A stretch of 63,328 nt of DNA, counting the filler, from Octopus bimaculoides (taxonomy: Eukaryota), in NCBI RefSeq assembly GCF_001194135.2. It is 5 parts of 4 records of this genome, joined end to end, with 100 filler letters (N's around TTAATTAATTAA, not from the genome) between each part and the next. Parts side by side here need not be neighbours in the genome. Positions count along the whole stretch, not along the records: positions 21,053 to 39,863 come from NC_068984.1; 4 more parts are not named here. One strand, 5' to 3'. Position 1 is the first letter of the stretch. Every line of letters begins with the position of its first letter. The notes under the pieces are model-generated. The model saw only the letters and a list, made by a program, of their open reading frames with translations. It was not told the DNA's origin and did no database searches. Position numbers and translations under genes: made by a program. Shown in pieces: positions 25,870-39,384 of the stretch.

Positions 25870-26002
<133 letters not shown>

Positions 26003-26513
26003 ACATATATGTATATATATGCATTTATCTCTACACACAAATATATTACATATAGTTATGTATACGTATGATATGCATATCAATCTAAACATAAATATAC
26101 ACATATTTAAACATATATATATGTGTAAATATGTGTGTGAGTGCACAGGCGTAGCTGTGTTGTGAGTAGCTTGCTTCCCAATCACATAGTTCCGGGTTCA
26201 GTCCCACTGCGTGGCAACTTGGGCAAGTGTCCTTTACTATAGCCTCGGACCAACCAAACCCTTGCGTGTGGATATGGTAGACGGAAACTGGAAGAAACCC
26301 GTCGTATCTATATATATGTGTGTGTGTGTATTTGTGTGTGTATGTGTGTGTATGTGTATATATGTGTGTGAGTGTGTGTAAGTGTATGTGTTTGAGTGTG
26401 TATTCGGTTTATAAATATATTTCATTGATATTTTGATTTTCAGAAGAATCGAATTAGCAAAAATAAAAGAAAACTTAAATACGCTACTTCTACTGCTACT
26501 GCTGCTGCTGCTG

Positions 26514-26551
<38 letters not shown>

Positions 26552-26857
26552 GCTGCTACTGCTACCATATCGCAGACGGCAGCCATAGTTCGGCCCGCTG
26601 AAATCAGTGAAGATAACTACAACATCAATGAGAATAATATTGGTTCCAAACCTTGAAACAAGATCAATTTCGAGGGAGGAGATAAATCGATTACATCGAT
26701 CCTCAGTATGTGACTGGTACTTATTTTATCGACCCCAGAAGGATGAAAGGCAAAGTCGACCTGGCCGAAATTTGAACTGAAAACGTAAAAACGGACGAAA
26801 TGCTGCTGAGTATTTGGCCTGGTGTGCTAACCATTCTACCAGCTTCTTGTCCTTATG

Positions 26858-26904
<47 letters not shown>

Positions 26905-26907
<3 letters not shown>

Positions 26908-27290
26908 TCATTCTTTTATTGGCCACAAGGGCTCATATAAAATTACATTAATAGACATGCAACAACATAAAAGACAAAAACAGGACGATACAAGGGGTTT
27001 TACAATGTGTAAGCAATATAAATAACAATTAAAAGTAAACAAATTAAAACTCCCAATAAAGGGAGGCGCTTTAAGGACCTCGTGGAAAAACCCACAAAAG
27101 TCATGGGTGCCTGAACAACAGGGCAAGAGCCCTTCTGCTTTTGTTTACAGGTGCACGCTCGGAATTGGTCCTTTTACACTTGACCATTCTTCCAACATTC
27201 ACCCACCTTTCAACAGTATGAGTACATATTAAATTTTATTAAACTTGAATGGCTTCTTGTGTGTGGTTTGTAGATTCTGATAGGAGTTCA
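26905..27290 (-). mobile_element. Tx1/L1-clade LINE 3' end
   Basis: Minus strand reads ...VERWVNVGRMVK (ORF2 C-terminus-like), then a T-rich 3' UTR ending cccttgtggccAATAAAagaatgaa plus a (TTA)n tail. Confidence 0.55.
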
Positions 27291-27354
27291 TATTTTGTTA
27301 TTACAAGAGGATAGTGTGGAGATATGAATTCCATGTGATGTTCATTTAAAGGGG

Positions 27355-27411
<57 letters not shown>

Positions 27412-27548
27412 NNNNNNNNNNNNNNNNNNNNNNNNNNNNNNNNNNNNNNNNNNNNNNNNNNNNNNNNNNNNNNNNNNNNNNNNNNNNNNNNNNNNNNNNN
27501 NNNNNNNNNNNNNNNNNNNNNNNNNNNNNNNNNNNNNNNNNNNNNNNN

Positions 27549-27583
<35 letters not shown>

Positions 27584-27606
27584 TCTTTGCTTATTTCCTC
27601 GTGTTC

Positions 27607-27642
27607 CTTTCTGTTGAAGTGCGTAGGCTCGAAACGTAAAAG
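27607..27642 (+). ncRNA. Minimal type I hammerhead-ribozyme-like motif (variant core)
   Basis: cttt-CTGTTGA-a-gtgc(gtag)gctc-GAAAC-GTA-aaag. Stem I is cttt/aaag, stem II is imperfect, and the palindromic GAAACGT gives a minimal stem III. The core deviates from CUGANGA at position 6. Confidence 0.45.
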
Positions 27643-28051
27643 ACTTTCTCACCTTCCTGAGCGTTAAAAGATGGTGAAGGCAGCGTCAGGACTGTTGTTT
27701 CAAGTACTATTTACCTCCTTCCGTGACCTTATCGAAATCTTTGACGCCAAAGTTTGGTAGTTTTTAAATGTTTAGGTTCCAGAAAAAGAAAATGACGAAT
27801 CCCGACCCCATTCCGAAGAGCGAAAACGAAACGGAACTGACCAGTTCCTCAGGAGCCTCGTCAGTTTAGCAAAAAGAAACAAGAACAGTTTTTAACGTAG
27901 GCTTAAAACAATTAAAAGAAAGAACTAAAGAGCGATTTGAAGGGGCGGGGGTCTTGCCAAAACAACATCAACAACAATATTAATAATTATTATTATAGCC
28001 ATCGATCATCATAATCGTCATATCATCATCATCATCGTCTTCGTCATCACC

Positions 28052-28083
<32 letters not shown>

Positions 28084-28200
28084 CATCATCATCGTCGTCG
28101 TCGTCGTCGTTGTCAAATGATAATGAAGATCAAATAAAATCGATATCAACTTCCGAAGAAAACTAATCAGCTTGGTTCACCTTTATTGACATGTTGATGC

Positions 28201-28213
28201 TGACCTTTGACCT
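28201..28213. promoter_or_regulatory. Perfect DR1 nuclear-receptor element (TGACCT T TGACCT)
   Basis: Exact AGGTCA-A-AGGTCA on the minus strand; function untested. Confidence 0.35.
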
Positions 28214-30219
28214 GTGTATGTCCAATGTTGTGTGTGTGTGTGTGTGTGTGAGTAAAGTTGCAGCTGTTTTAGTTTTCTTTATGTTTGTCCACTATAACAA
28301 GAGAGACGAGTGTGTGTGTGTGTGTGTGAGTGTGTGAGTGAGAATGAGAGAAAGAAAATGAAAGAGGAGAGAGAAAGAGAAGGAGAGTGAGAGACAGAGA
28401 AAGAGAAACATATTGAGAGAGACAGAAAGAGATAGCTATTGTTGTAAAGATGAAATGCTGTGAGCGAACGAGAGAGAGAGAGAGAGAGAGAGAGTGCGAG
28501 GGAATGCAGCTATGACGTCATCGGGCTAGATTAAACATAAACTAGATGTAAGTCTACGAGATAATTAGATACTCGTTGCTTAAGATGGAGTTTTATTGGA
28601 CACATTGGAACGGAAGTGGGTTTGGGTGACGACAACAGCGTCGTTAGGAAAATTATTATTTGTATCTTGAAGATCTTAAGGAGCACACACACACACACAC
28701 ACACACAGAACACACATACACAAACGCACACACACACACACACACACGCACACACAGAGAGAGCACACACACACAAACGCACNNNNNNNNNNNNNNNNNN
28801 NNNNNNNNNNNNNNNNNNNNNNNNNNNNNNNNNNNNNNNNNNNNNNNNNNNNNNNNNNNNNNNNNNNNNNNNNNNNNNNNNNNNNNNNNNNNNNNNNNNN
28901 NNNNNNNNNNNNNNNNNNNNNNNNNNNNNNNNNNNNNNNNNNNNNNNNNNNNNNNNNNNNNNNNNNNNNNNNNNNNNNNNNNNNNNNNNNNNNNNNNNNN
29001 NNNNNNNNNNNNNNNNNNNNNNNNNNNNNNNNNNNNNNNNNNNNNNNNNNNNNNNNNNNNNNNNNNNNNNNNNNNNNNNNNNNNNNNNNNNNNNNNNNNN
29101 NNNNNNNNNNNNNNNNNNNNNNNNNNNNNNNNNNNNNNNNNNNNNNNNNNNNNNNNNNNNNNNNNNNNNNNNNNNNNNNNNNNNNNNNNNNNNNNNNNNN
29201 NNNNNNNNNNNNNNNNNNNNNNNNNNNNNNNNNNNNNNNNNNNNNNNNNNNNNNNNNNNNNNNNNNNNNNNNNNNNNNNNNNNNNNNNNNNNNNNNNNNN
29301 NNNNNNNNNNNNNNNNNNNNNNNNNNNNNNNNNNNNNNNNNNNNNNNNNNNNNNNNNNNNNNNNNNNNNNNNNNNNNNNNNNNNNNNNNNNNNNNNNNNN
29401 NNNNNNNNNNNNNNNNNNNNNNNNNNNNNNNNNNNNNNNNNNNNNNNNNNNNNNNNNNNNNNNNNNNNNNNNNNNNNNNNNNNNNNNNNNNNNNNNNNNN
29501 NNNNNNNNNNNNNNNNNNNNNNNNNNNNNNNNNNNNNNACACACACAAACACAAACGCACACACACACACACACGCACACACACAGAACGCACACACATA
29601 CACACACACATAACTCATACACATTCATATATACGCATATACACATATATTCATATACACATATATGCATACAGCACACATACACACATATTCATATATA
29701 CATATCTACATCCACACACACATGCACACACATAATAATGCAACACACACACATTCATATATACATATCTTCATCTTTGTAGAGATCTGTTAGTAGCTGT
29801 TACTTGCTGAAATATTTTATGACTCTGACCTCGAAGAGCAGGATTTTTTGCATGAAATTGTTATGTTTAGGACGTGCGCTCAGCAGACGAGATTACCAAG
29901 AATGTGTGAGCGAGATGTCGACTTTGAAGGTTCGAGTTGGGCTATGTTTATCTTTGAAGGATTGTGGGATACGACGTAGGGTTGTTGGTATGAGTAGCGA
30001 TGGTGTTGGGTGATGGAGACAAAATTGACATTGTGAAGTTTTCGAGAATGTCTTCGAGGTGTGTGAGGAAGGAGGCAGCGATGAAGGAGTGATGTCAGAT
30101 ATCCAGGCAGGATGTGATGATTCCAAAGTGTGGAACACTTTGGAAGAGTGAGGAGGGCAGCATCCAAGTAGAACCATCCTGACCGAGATGTTTGTGGAGA
30201 TCTTTCTGGAAAGGGATAA

Positions 30220-30250
<31 letters not shown>

Positions 30251-30761
30251 TAAAACGAAACAAAAAAGAAACGATCGGTTGCAGTTTGAGAAGCGATAGA
30301 TTATAGCAAGATGTGTGATGCGTCGAGATATTGGTATTCCTGCAGGAGTTCAGTAAAAGACAACCAGTTTGTAGGGGTGCTGGGGGTGAAGGTGGTATTG
30401 CAGCTAATTACAAAAATGAAAGGCAAAGTAAATCCCGAACGCATTTGAACTCAGAACGTAATGACGGACGAAATGCCGATAAGCATTTTGTCCGGCGCGG
30501 TAACAATCCTGCCAGCCTGCTGCCTTAAGGATGAACGAAAGAGAATTCAATAATGTTTTAGTGTTTGTTTAGTCCCAATTTAGTTGTGATTGAGTAGATC
30601 TAAGATCAAAAGTAGGTTGTTATCCTAACTGAGTAGATTTAGGATTAAAAAACGCGCTCCAGTCTTGCCCATCCTGTTATTTGCAAGACAAAATGTCTCT
30701 AAAACTAAATATCAAATGTAATTTTAGAAATAATCTTTTTCGAGAGATCCTAATGTGTGTG

Positions 30762-30810
<49 letters not shown>

Positions 30811-31473
30811 NNNNNNNNNNNNNNNNNNNNNNNNNNNNNNNNNNNNNNNNNNNNNNNNNNNNNNNNNNNNNNNNNNNNNNNNNNNNNNNNNNNNNNNNNN
30901 NNNNNNNNNNNNNNNNNNNNNNNNNNNNNNNNNNNNNNNNNNNNNNNNNNNNNNNNNNNNNNNNNNNNNNNNNNNNNNNNNNNNNNNNNNNNNNNNNNNN
31001 NNNNNNNNNNNNNNNNNNNNNNNNNNNNNNNNNNNNNNNNNNNNNNNNNNNNNNNNNNNNNNNNNNNNNNNNNNNNNNNNNNNNNNNNNNNNNNNNNNNN
31101 NNNNNNNNNNNNNNNNNNNNNNNNNNNNNNNNNNNNNNNNNNNNNNNNNNNNNNNNNNNNNNNNNNNNNNNNNNNNNNNNNNNNNNNNNNNNNNNNNNNN
31201 NNNNNNNNNNNNNNNNNNNNNNNNNNNNNNNNNNNNNNNNNNNNNNNNNNNNNNNNNNNNNNNNNNNNNNNNNNNNNNNNNNNNNNNNNNNNNNNNNNNN
31301 NNNNNNNNNNNNNNNNNNNNNNNNNNNNNNNNNNNNNNNNNNNNNNNNNNNNNNCATTAACATTGATGGCATAACAAATATAAATGGAATTGTTATTTGG
31401 AAGCAGCACCGGCAAACGCTGCCGCCGCCGTCACCACCACTACCACCACCACCGCCGCCACAGCCGCCGCCGT

Positions 31474-31526
<53 letters not shown>

Positions 31527-32396
31527 GCATAAACACGAAACCAGCCAACCAAGAAACCTGCCTACAGTCGATCGACCAGCTGAAAATAGCAGGCAAATCA
31601 TGTCGGATAATGTTGTCCTGAATTCAATGGAACTCGGTGGAAAGGTCACAGCTGGAATGATTGTGATAATATCTTTGCACGTTCATATTTGACCGAGGAG
31701 TAAACTACTCCACGATAACTACCCATACTATTTCTGCAACAATTTCCGCCGAGATCGACTTTGCCTTTCATCCTTTCGGTGATCGATAAAATAAACACCA
31801 GTTAAGCACTGGGGGTGGGGATCGATGTAATCGACTAGTCACCTCCTCCGAAATTGCTGGCCATGTACCAAGGTTTAAAACCAACATTATTACTACAACA
31901 ACCACAAAAATACAATAACAACAGCAATAACAACAATGAGAAAAACAATGACAAAAACAATAGCAACGTAAAGAAAAAAAACAGGTTCCACTCGGCTAGC
32001 GCCATCTTTTCCTTGTTATCGCCACAGACTGTGAGTTGCCAAAGTGACAACTGCAGCTTCCAACCAATGTTTTGGCCTGAAGCCATACATCAAGTTCGAT
32101 AGATTCCTTATCAACTACGATTCCAGCCAATTATCTAACCTTAACTAATCACTTCAGCCATTTCCAACAGACTTAATCAACAATGATCAGGTAAAATTTG
32201 AAGAGGCATCTTCCATGCTCCTTATGTCTGCTGCTGTCATCAATTTGGCAATCTTCGGGACTGATTCTTTAAATTCATTAAATCATCGAATTCCACGAGT
32301 TTATCTCATCGAAGTTAATGTCTTGTGGCTGGAGTGGAACCCATTGACAAGAAGGAATACATTAACATATATATGAGGAGAGAGAGATAGATAAAG

Positions 32397-32471
<75 letters not shown>

Positions 32472-32595
32472 GAGAGAAAGGGAGAGGGAGAGCGAGAGAG
32501 TGAATTACGGTGACATCTTGAAGTAAGATATATTTCAGTGATCTGTGCGTGTCATTGCATTGTGCATGTGTGTGTATGTGTGTGAACATGCGTAT

Positions 32596-32636
<41 letters not shown>

Positions 32637-32653
32637 ATATCCATACATACAGA

Positions 32654-32693
<40 letters not shown>

Positions 32694-33077
32694 TGTATAT
32701 ATATATGTATATGTATGTGTATGCATGTATATGTNNNNNNNNNNNNNNNNNNNNNNNNNNNNNNNNNNNNNNNNNNNNNNNNNNNNNNNNNNNNNNNNNN
32801 NNNNNNNNNNNNNNNNNNNNNNNNNNNNNNNNNNNNNNNNNNNNNNNNNNNNNNNNNNNNNNNNNNNNNNNNNNNNNNNNNNTATATATATATATATATA
32901 TATATGTATATGTATGTATGTGTGTATGTATATTCATATATATACACACACATACGCACTACATACATACATATTTATATACATACATACAAATATGTAT
33001 TACAGATATACATATAAATGTTATGTATGTATGTATGTGTGTATATATATATATATGTATGTATATGTATGTATGTA

Positions 33078-33116
<39 letters not shown>

Positions 33117-35944
33117 GAATACACACACACACGCATGCGTACAAACAGGCATTCAGAAACATGCACACACATTCAAATACGCAAGTGTCCATTTTATATA
33201 TTCATTGGCCAAACTGCGTTGACAGCGGACTCCATCTTCCGCCATCCATTTCGTCTGAAGGTTTTGCTTTGCTAAATGTATAAAGTACATTAGGTAGAGG
33301 AGCGGTTGTGTGGGGAGAAGCTTGCTTCCTAACCAGATGGATCCGGGTTCGGTCCTTCGGCGGGGCATCTTGGGCAGGTGTCCTCTACTATATATATATG
33401 TGTGTGTGCGTATATGTATATATATATTGTTTTATTTGTTTCAGTCATTTGACAGCGGCCATGCAGGAGCACCGCCTTTAGTCGAACGAATCGACCCCAG
33501 GACTTATTCTTTGTAAGCCTAGTACTATTTTTTTAGTTTCTTTTTGCTGAACCGCTAAGTTACGGGGTCGTAGACACACCAACATCGGTTGTCAAGCGAT
33601 GGTGGTGGGACAAACACAGACAATATGCAATATGTTTCTTCCTTTTTAAAAATGTTAGAATGTGATTTGTGGGACGTTTAACTACTGTTTCTAGCAAGTG
33701 GAGTAACCATGTAGAAATTCCCTGGGGAAGGAAAACTGGAGTTAAATTGTAAATTGATGGAAGATTCCTTATTGCCACAAACAGGAATATCCTTTCTACT
33801 CTAGGCACGAGACCAGAAATTTTTTTTTTGGGGGGGATGAGTCGATTACATCTACTCCAGTACTCTACTGGTACTTAATTTATCGCGTCCGAAAGGATGA
33901 AAGGCAGAGTCGACCTCGGCGGAATTTGAACTCAGAACGTAACGGCAAGCGAAATACCGCTGAGCATTTCGCCTGGCGTGCTAACGATTCTGTCAGCTGG
34001 CTGCCTTCCATAAACAGGAATATCATTAAAAGAATATTGGTAAAATTTCGCAAAAACCGACTAAGAAATGTATATTCTTTCTTAAGTCTTTTATTATTTA
34101 TGAAAAATGTCAAATATGTAAAAGACAAAATTATGCGCAATTGAATATCGAGAAAAAAAAAAGAAAGAAGTTTGATCACATTTCATGGAAAATATCGCGA
34201 TTCCATTTTCGAAAGAGATATTCTTTCATAAGAACTGTCAATCTTTACAGTTGCTATCGCACTCACAGGAAAATCTTAAGAATCTGCAAATTCTTTGTCT
34301 CAGTGAAGAATATTAATACATGTCTTGTTGTCCCAGACTAGATTTGATTGTAATTCTTCACTGGCACCAACAGATCAGACATCGATAAATTACCACGTGT
34401 TTGGAATAATGCTGTAAGTTGTCTCCGAGTCAGGCTTCCCAATCCGTAAAATATTGTTATGGAAATCTAAACTGGCAAAATATTGATCGGAGAATAACAT
34501 CCGATATTACATCAATACATACATACATACATACATACATACATACATACATACATACATACATACATACATACACTAATATTTATATATGTGTGTGCGT
34601 GTATGTGAACGCATGAGTGTGTGTATGTATACACTTACATATGTGTATACATATATAAGTATACATATATAAGTATATATTACACACACACACATATGTA
34701 TGATGCCTTCCTTCCATGGCATTGCTTCTATTACTTTTTCTAATTCCCATAAGATTAAGAACTTACGCAAATTTACCATAATTCCTAAGAGCCAAACATA
34801 AGCTAAGAGATCTTTTTGTCTAGATTTGGGATATTTCTGAAAATTATTATAAAAGTAGAAAGTGTTGGGAAGGAATTAATGAGAAATAGAAGAAAGCACG
34901 AATGTATGCAACATCTCGGTATATGTATGCAACAACAGGAATTCTGTGAATGGTGGTGTATAACACTCGTATATAACGGACAGAATGCTGAGTGTATGCG
35001 TGTACGCGAGAGTGTATGTTATACAGCAGCGAATATATTTTAATTTCGTTTTTATATGTCCGCGGCGTTGGAGAAGTTAGAACGATTATTGCAATAAAGA
35101 GAAATGCCATTCACGGAATCTTAGAAGTCAGGGGAAACTAATTCCAGTAAATATTTTTAAGATTGACACATACAAACTAAATCATCAGCGTTACTGTGTA
35201 AATTTGGGCGTTTTTAGCTCTAAACCAGTTTAGTGTTGTCTTTGCCCGATCGTTGTAGCGTCTGACATTATATCATCAAGGGAACTGGTTGAGGAATATC
35301 TCGTACCATTATGGGAAGCAACTGATCGAAAGTTGCTCATTCAATATCCTTTCTATGTATGGCCTCACCAATGTCGAAATAGACACAACAATTATTCTTT
35401 GATTGAAAATAAATTGTGCGATTGTCTGCTTCTGTACCATTTTTAGTGGCCTAAAGTGTGGTAGGAATCCGTTGGATAGTCTTCATAGAAAACCGAATCT
35501 CTCCACTCCAACAGCCAAACTGTATTAATGTCTTCATTAGAATTCGGATAGAGAATTGATTACCATTGTCAGAGTATCATAATAATGGGTTCAAGTTTTA
35601 GCACACGGCCAGAAATTTCGGGGGTTGGGGTAAGTCGGTTACATGAGCCCCAGTGATCGACTGGTCCTTATTTTATCGGCCCCGAAAAGATGAAAGGTAA
35701 AGTCGACCTCGGCGGAATTTGAACTCAGAACGTAAAAATGAACGAAATGCCGCTATTTTGTCCGGCGCGCTAACGATTCTGCCGGTTCGAGGCCTTAAAG
35801 AGCAACAAAATAACAGACTCAGACAAATCTAATCAATCATCATTGTAATTAACCGATTACTAATGAACCCAGAGGCAAGTTTACAAACTAACCCTCGACA
35901 ATTAATTATATGATCGCTCAGCAATAATTAACTCTACACAAATG

Positions 35945-36265
35945 TTGTTGTTGTTGTTTGTTCCTTCTCGAGCCATACCTGGCTCATATAAGGGCCAGTT
36001 TCCCGGTTTCATTGGCGTATAGGTTCCCCCACCTAGACCGGACGCCAGTCCGTCACAGGTGAGCTGCTAGATGCAGGAAGAAAGAGTGAGAGAAAGTTGT
36101 GGTGAAAGAGTCAGCAGAGGTTCGCCATTACCTTCTGCCGGAGCTGTGTAGAGCTTAGGTGTTTCGCTCATAAACACACACACATCTCCCGGTCTGAGAT
36201 TTGAACTCGCAATCCCTCGACCGCTTAGTCCGTTGCACTAACTACTAGGCCATGTGCCTCCACAA
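35945..36265 (-). mobile_element. tRNA-derived SINE family C with (CAA)n tail
   Basis: Minus strand begins GTGGAGGCACATGGCCTAGTAGTTAG...GAGTTCAAATCTC (boxes A and B). The central block caggaagaaagagtgagagaaagttgtggtgaaagagt is shared with the copy at 50155-50550. Confidence 0.8.
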
Positions 36266-36329
36266 CTCTACACAATTAGCAGGAATTTTTTGTTAACAAT
36301 TCAATTTATAATCACTTAAAGAATGTTAT

Positions 36330-36428
<99 letters not shown>

Positions 36429-37782
36429 TACCTGGAAATCAATTTGGTAATATTAAAGTCACACCTAAGACAGCGAGCCGGCAGAATCTTTAGCACGCCG
36501 GACAAAATGCTTGGCCGCATTTCGTCTGTTTTTATGCTTTGAGTTCAAATTCTGCCGAGTTCGACTTTGCCATTCATCTTAACGAGTTCGATAAAATAAG
36601 TAGCAGTTAAACACTGGGATCGATGTAATCGACTAGCCCTTCCCCTCAAAGCTGATGGCCTTGTGGCAAAATTTGAAACCATTATTAAAGTCACACGTGG
36701 ACATAATGACCGTATTTGAAGGTGATCGATGGGAAGGGAATCAATCAGATAATTTCTGTCCATCGATGAACAGAATTTACCTCCATTCAGAGGAGATTGT
36801 TAAGAAGCAATAAGATGGAATCAAACAGACGATATTGTCTGATGAATGGATCGTTTGGTAGTTTCAACGATTCCTCTGATTTCATCAACGGTAACATCTC
36901 ACTGAAGGATACAGTAAGTGGCTGAGTATCCATACGACGTTTGTACTATTAATGTAATTTCTGGGTAGAATCATTGTGGAACAATATTTAATAAAAGTGC
37001 AGCATTAAATTATGGATAGGCTTCACTCAATTTTACTTTCTAAGTTTGGGACGATGAAAGGCGTGAGTAGGAGTTTGCTTTTTGAATTATTTAAAAAATT
37101 TCCTTATAAGTTTCAAATTTTCAATTGTAAAGTGGTCTGCAACTGGACTTCAACGCTAAATATAAAAGAACTTAATCCCTCACTGACCTACTATACATCT
37201 CTCAGAAGAGAATATCAAACTCCATTGGATCAATGTGAGACATTTGTAAGCTTCAAGTCGGATTTGTTATGAACTGTAGGAAGGAAGAACTCACAGTATA
37301 CAAGATAGAATCTAAATATTATATGGCATTTTGTCCTGCAGTGTGTCGTTTTTGCCACTTGACAATCTTCGCTATGTAAATAAGAGTAACAAACGTACAA
37401 CAGAATCAACGCCATCATTAATATCAACCAAAAGACATGAACAAACATCTCGTCTCGTCTTTACAAATGTCAGTGAAAAAAAAAAGAATTTACAACCAGA
37501 TGTGCGTGCGTGTGTGTGTGTGTGTGTTAAGGTCATTCAGTACAGTGTGTTAGCAAGATGGTAGCCATCATCATCATCGTTTCCTTCAACACGGTTCGTC
37601 TTTAAATCTTTGCTATGCAGACGCACCTTAAAATGATATTTACTAACATGTTGCTGACACCAGAATTGAATGTAATAAACGATTTACGATACGGAACCGG
37701 TCGTAAAACGAGACAAACTTCGACGTTCAAAATAAATATCCTTAGTATTTAAATAAGCGTTAACATGCAAAGGCTTATATAT

Positions 37783-37849
<67 letters not shown>

Positions 37850-38384
37850 CATACACACACACACATTTACACGTACATATACATTTTATTAAATGCACGA
37901 CTATGTTCAAGTTTTAACTTTTTTATTGCATATTTTTCCTATAGTCCCAGCTTTTCACAGTTGGTTTGGAACAGTAAAGTTCCTCAATCCACATCCAACG
38001 TTTGTTGACCTTCCTTTTCTCATCATCGAGAACTGAATAACGCCGAACACATTGAATTCAGTCCAATTCTTGATAATGAGATTATGAAGGTAGAGAAACG
38101 TCGGATATGGATTTCGAAACTCTGCTGTTTTAAACCATCTGTAAGAAGCTCAAAAGAAAATATGGAAAATAAAGTAAAAATAAAACTTAAAGAAAGTCGT
38201 ATATTTAATGAAATATGCATAAAAAATTATTATTTATTTCCTTAACTCCCTTTTATGCAAGAACCTTATATGAACCACATATTTATAAATATATACATAT
38301 GTGTCCGGGATGCATTTGGTTTGTGTTTGAGCATGTGAATATTATCATATATGGGTTTTCACAGGTTTCGAAATATAAGTTTTG

Positions 38385-38635
38385 GATATGAATGAAACGA
38401 TAAAATCTTACAATGGAATGACTGGAAATAACTTCAGGAACAGATACAAACAACATTTGGTTTCGTTTCGGGATCAGAACAAAAGACGTGTAACAGATTT
38501 ATCCACCATGGTATGGACCCTTCAAGAGAGGAGCGTGGACAGTCCCTATATAAATTGGTGTAGCATAGCTAAAGCCAGCAAATATAGGGGACGAGGTGGC
38601 AGATGCAGCCTCTGCATCAATAGAAATTAAATGTC
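38385..38635 (+). mobile_element. Penelope-like element GIY-YIG endonuclease remnant
   Basis: SYNGMTGNNFRNRYKQHLVSF...TDLSTMVWTL...INWCSIAKASKY...RCSLC matches the PLE pattern Y(I)GxT..FK.RY..H..SF...T.LS..IW.L...C.LC. Confidence 0.7.
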
Positions 38636-39311
38636 ATAATACTCACAGGGAACATTTTGAATATTAGGGAAGAAACGATTCAAACTTCAAAATTTTAAGC
38701 ATCTCACCTCACCCACCCTGCCACCAATCTAACCAAGATAAATAACTGGATATCGGTTATATACCCAAGATGCATTGCATACTCCTGGTAACTCTTGTTG
38801 GCATTCTAAACTGCACAAATGTGTATAACACACATAACGTAACCCACAGTCATGACGTCACACGATTCACAGGTAATATGTCTATAGAAAGATTCTTAAG
38901 ATCTTTGAATATACACACATTCAAACATCAATCAAATGTATACAGGATACGTATACCTGTTTATAAATGTAGGTGAGCATGAACGTTCTCGCATAACGTA
39001 ATTAAGGCATTAATTGATCTATGGTGAACGCAAGGTCTTGCAAAAATCTAAGGCTAACGTAAAGGAGATCAGAATTTAGAAATCTTTAAGTTACCGCTCC
39101 TGTTCAGTGTATTCAGTTTGAAGTCCCGCGCTTGCAGCTTCGTATATTCTTATCGAAAATAGATCTTAAAGTTGACAGCTTGAAGTTATTGTGGATATTC
39201 TCTCCGCATGAAACCATTGGTAGCTTTGTTATCCTACAAATAAAGAAATATTTATTCACCGAATACGCTGCTCAGCTCCCATTCCCACTGTTCAATACTA
39301 TCGCACGTACA

Positions 39312-39350
<39 letters not shown>

Positions 39351-39353
39351 ACA

Positions 39354-39384
<31 letters not shown>

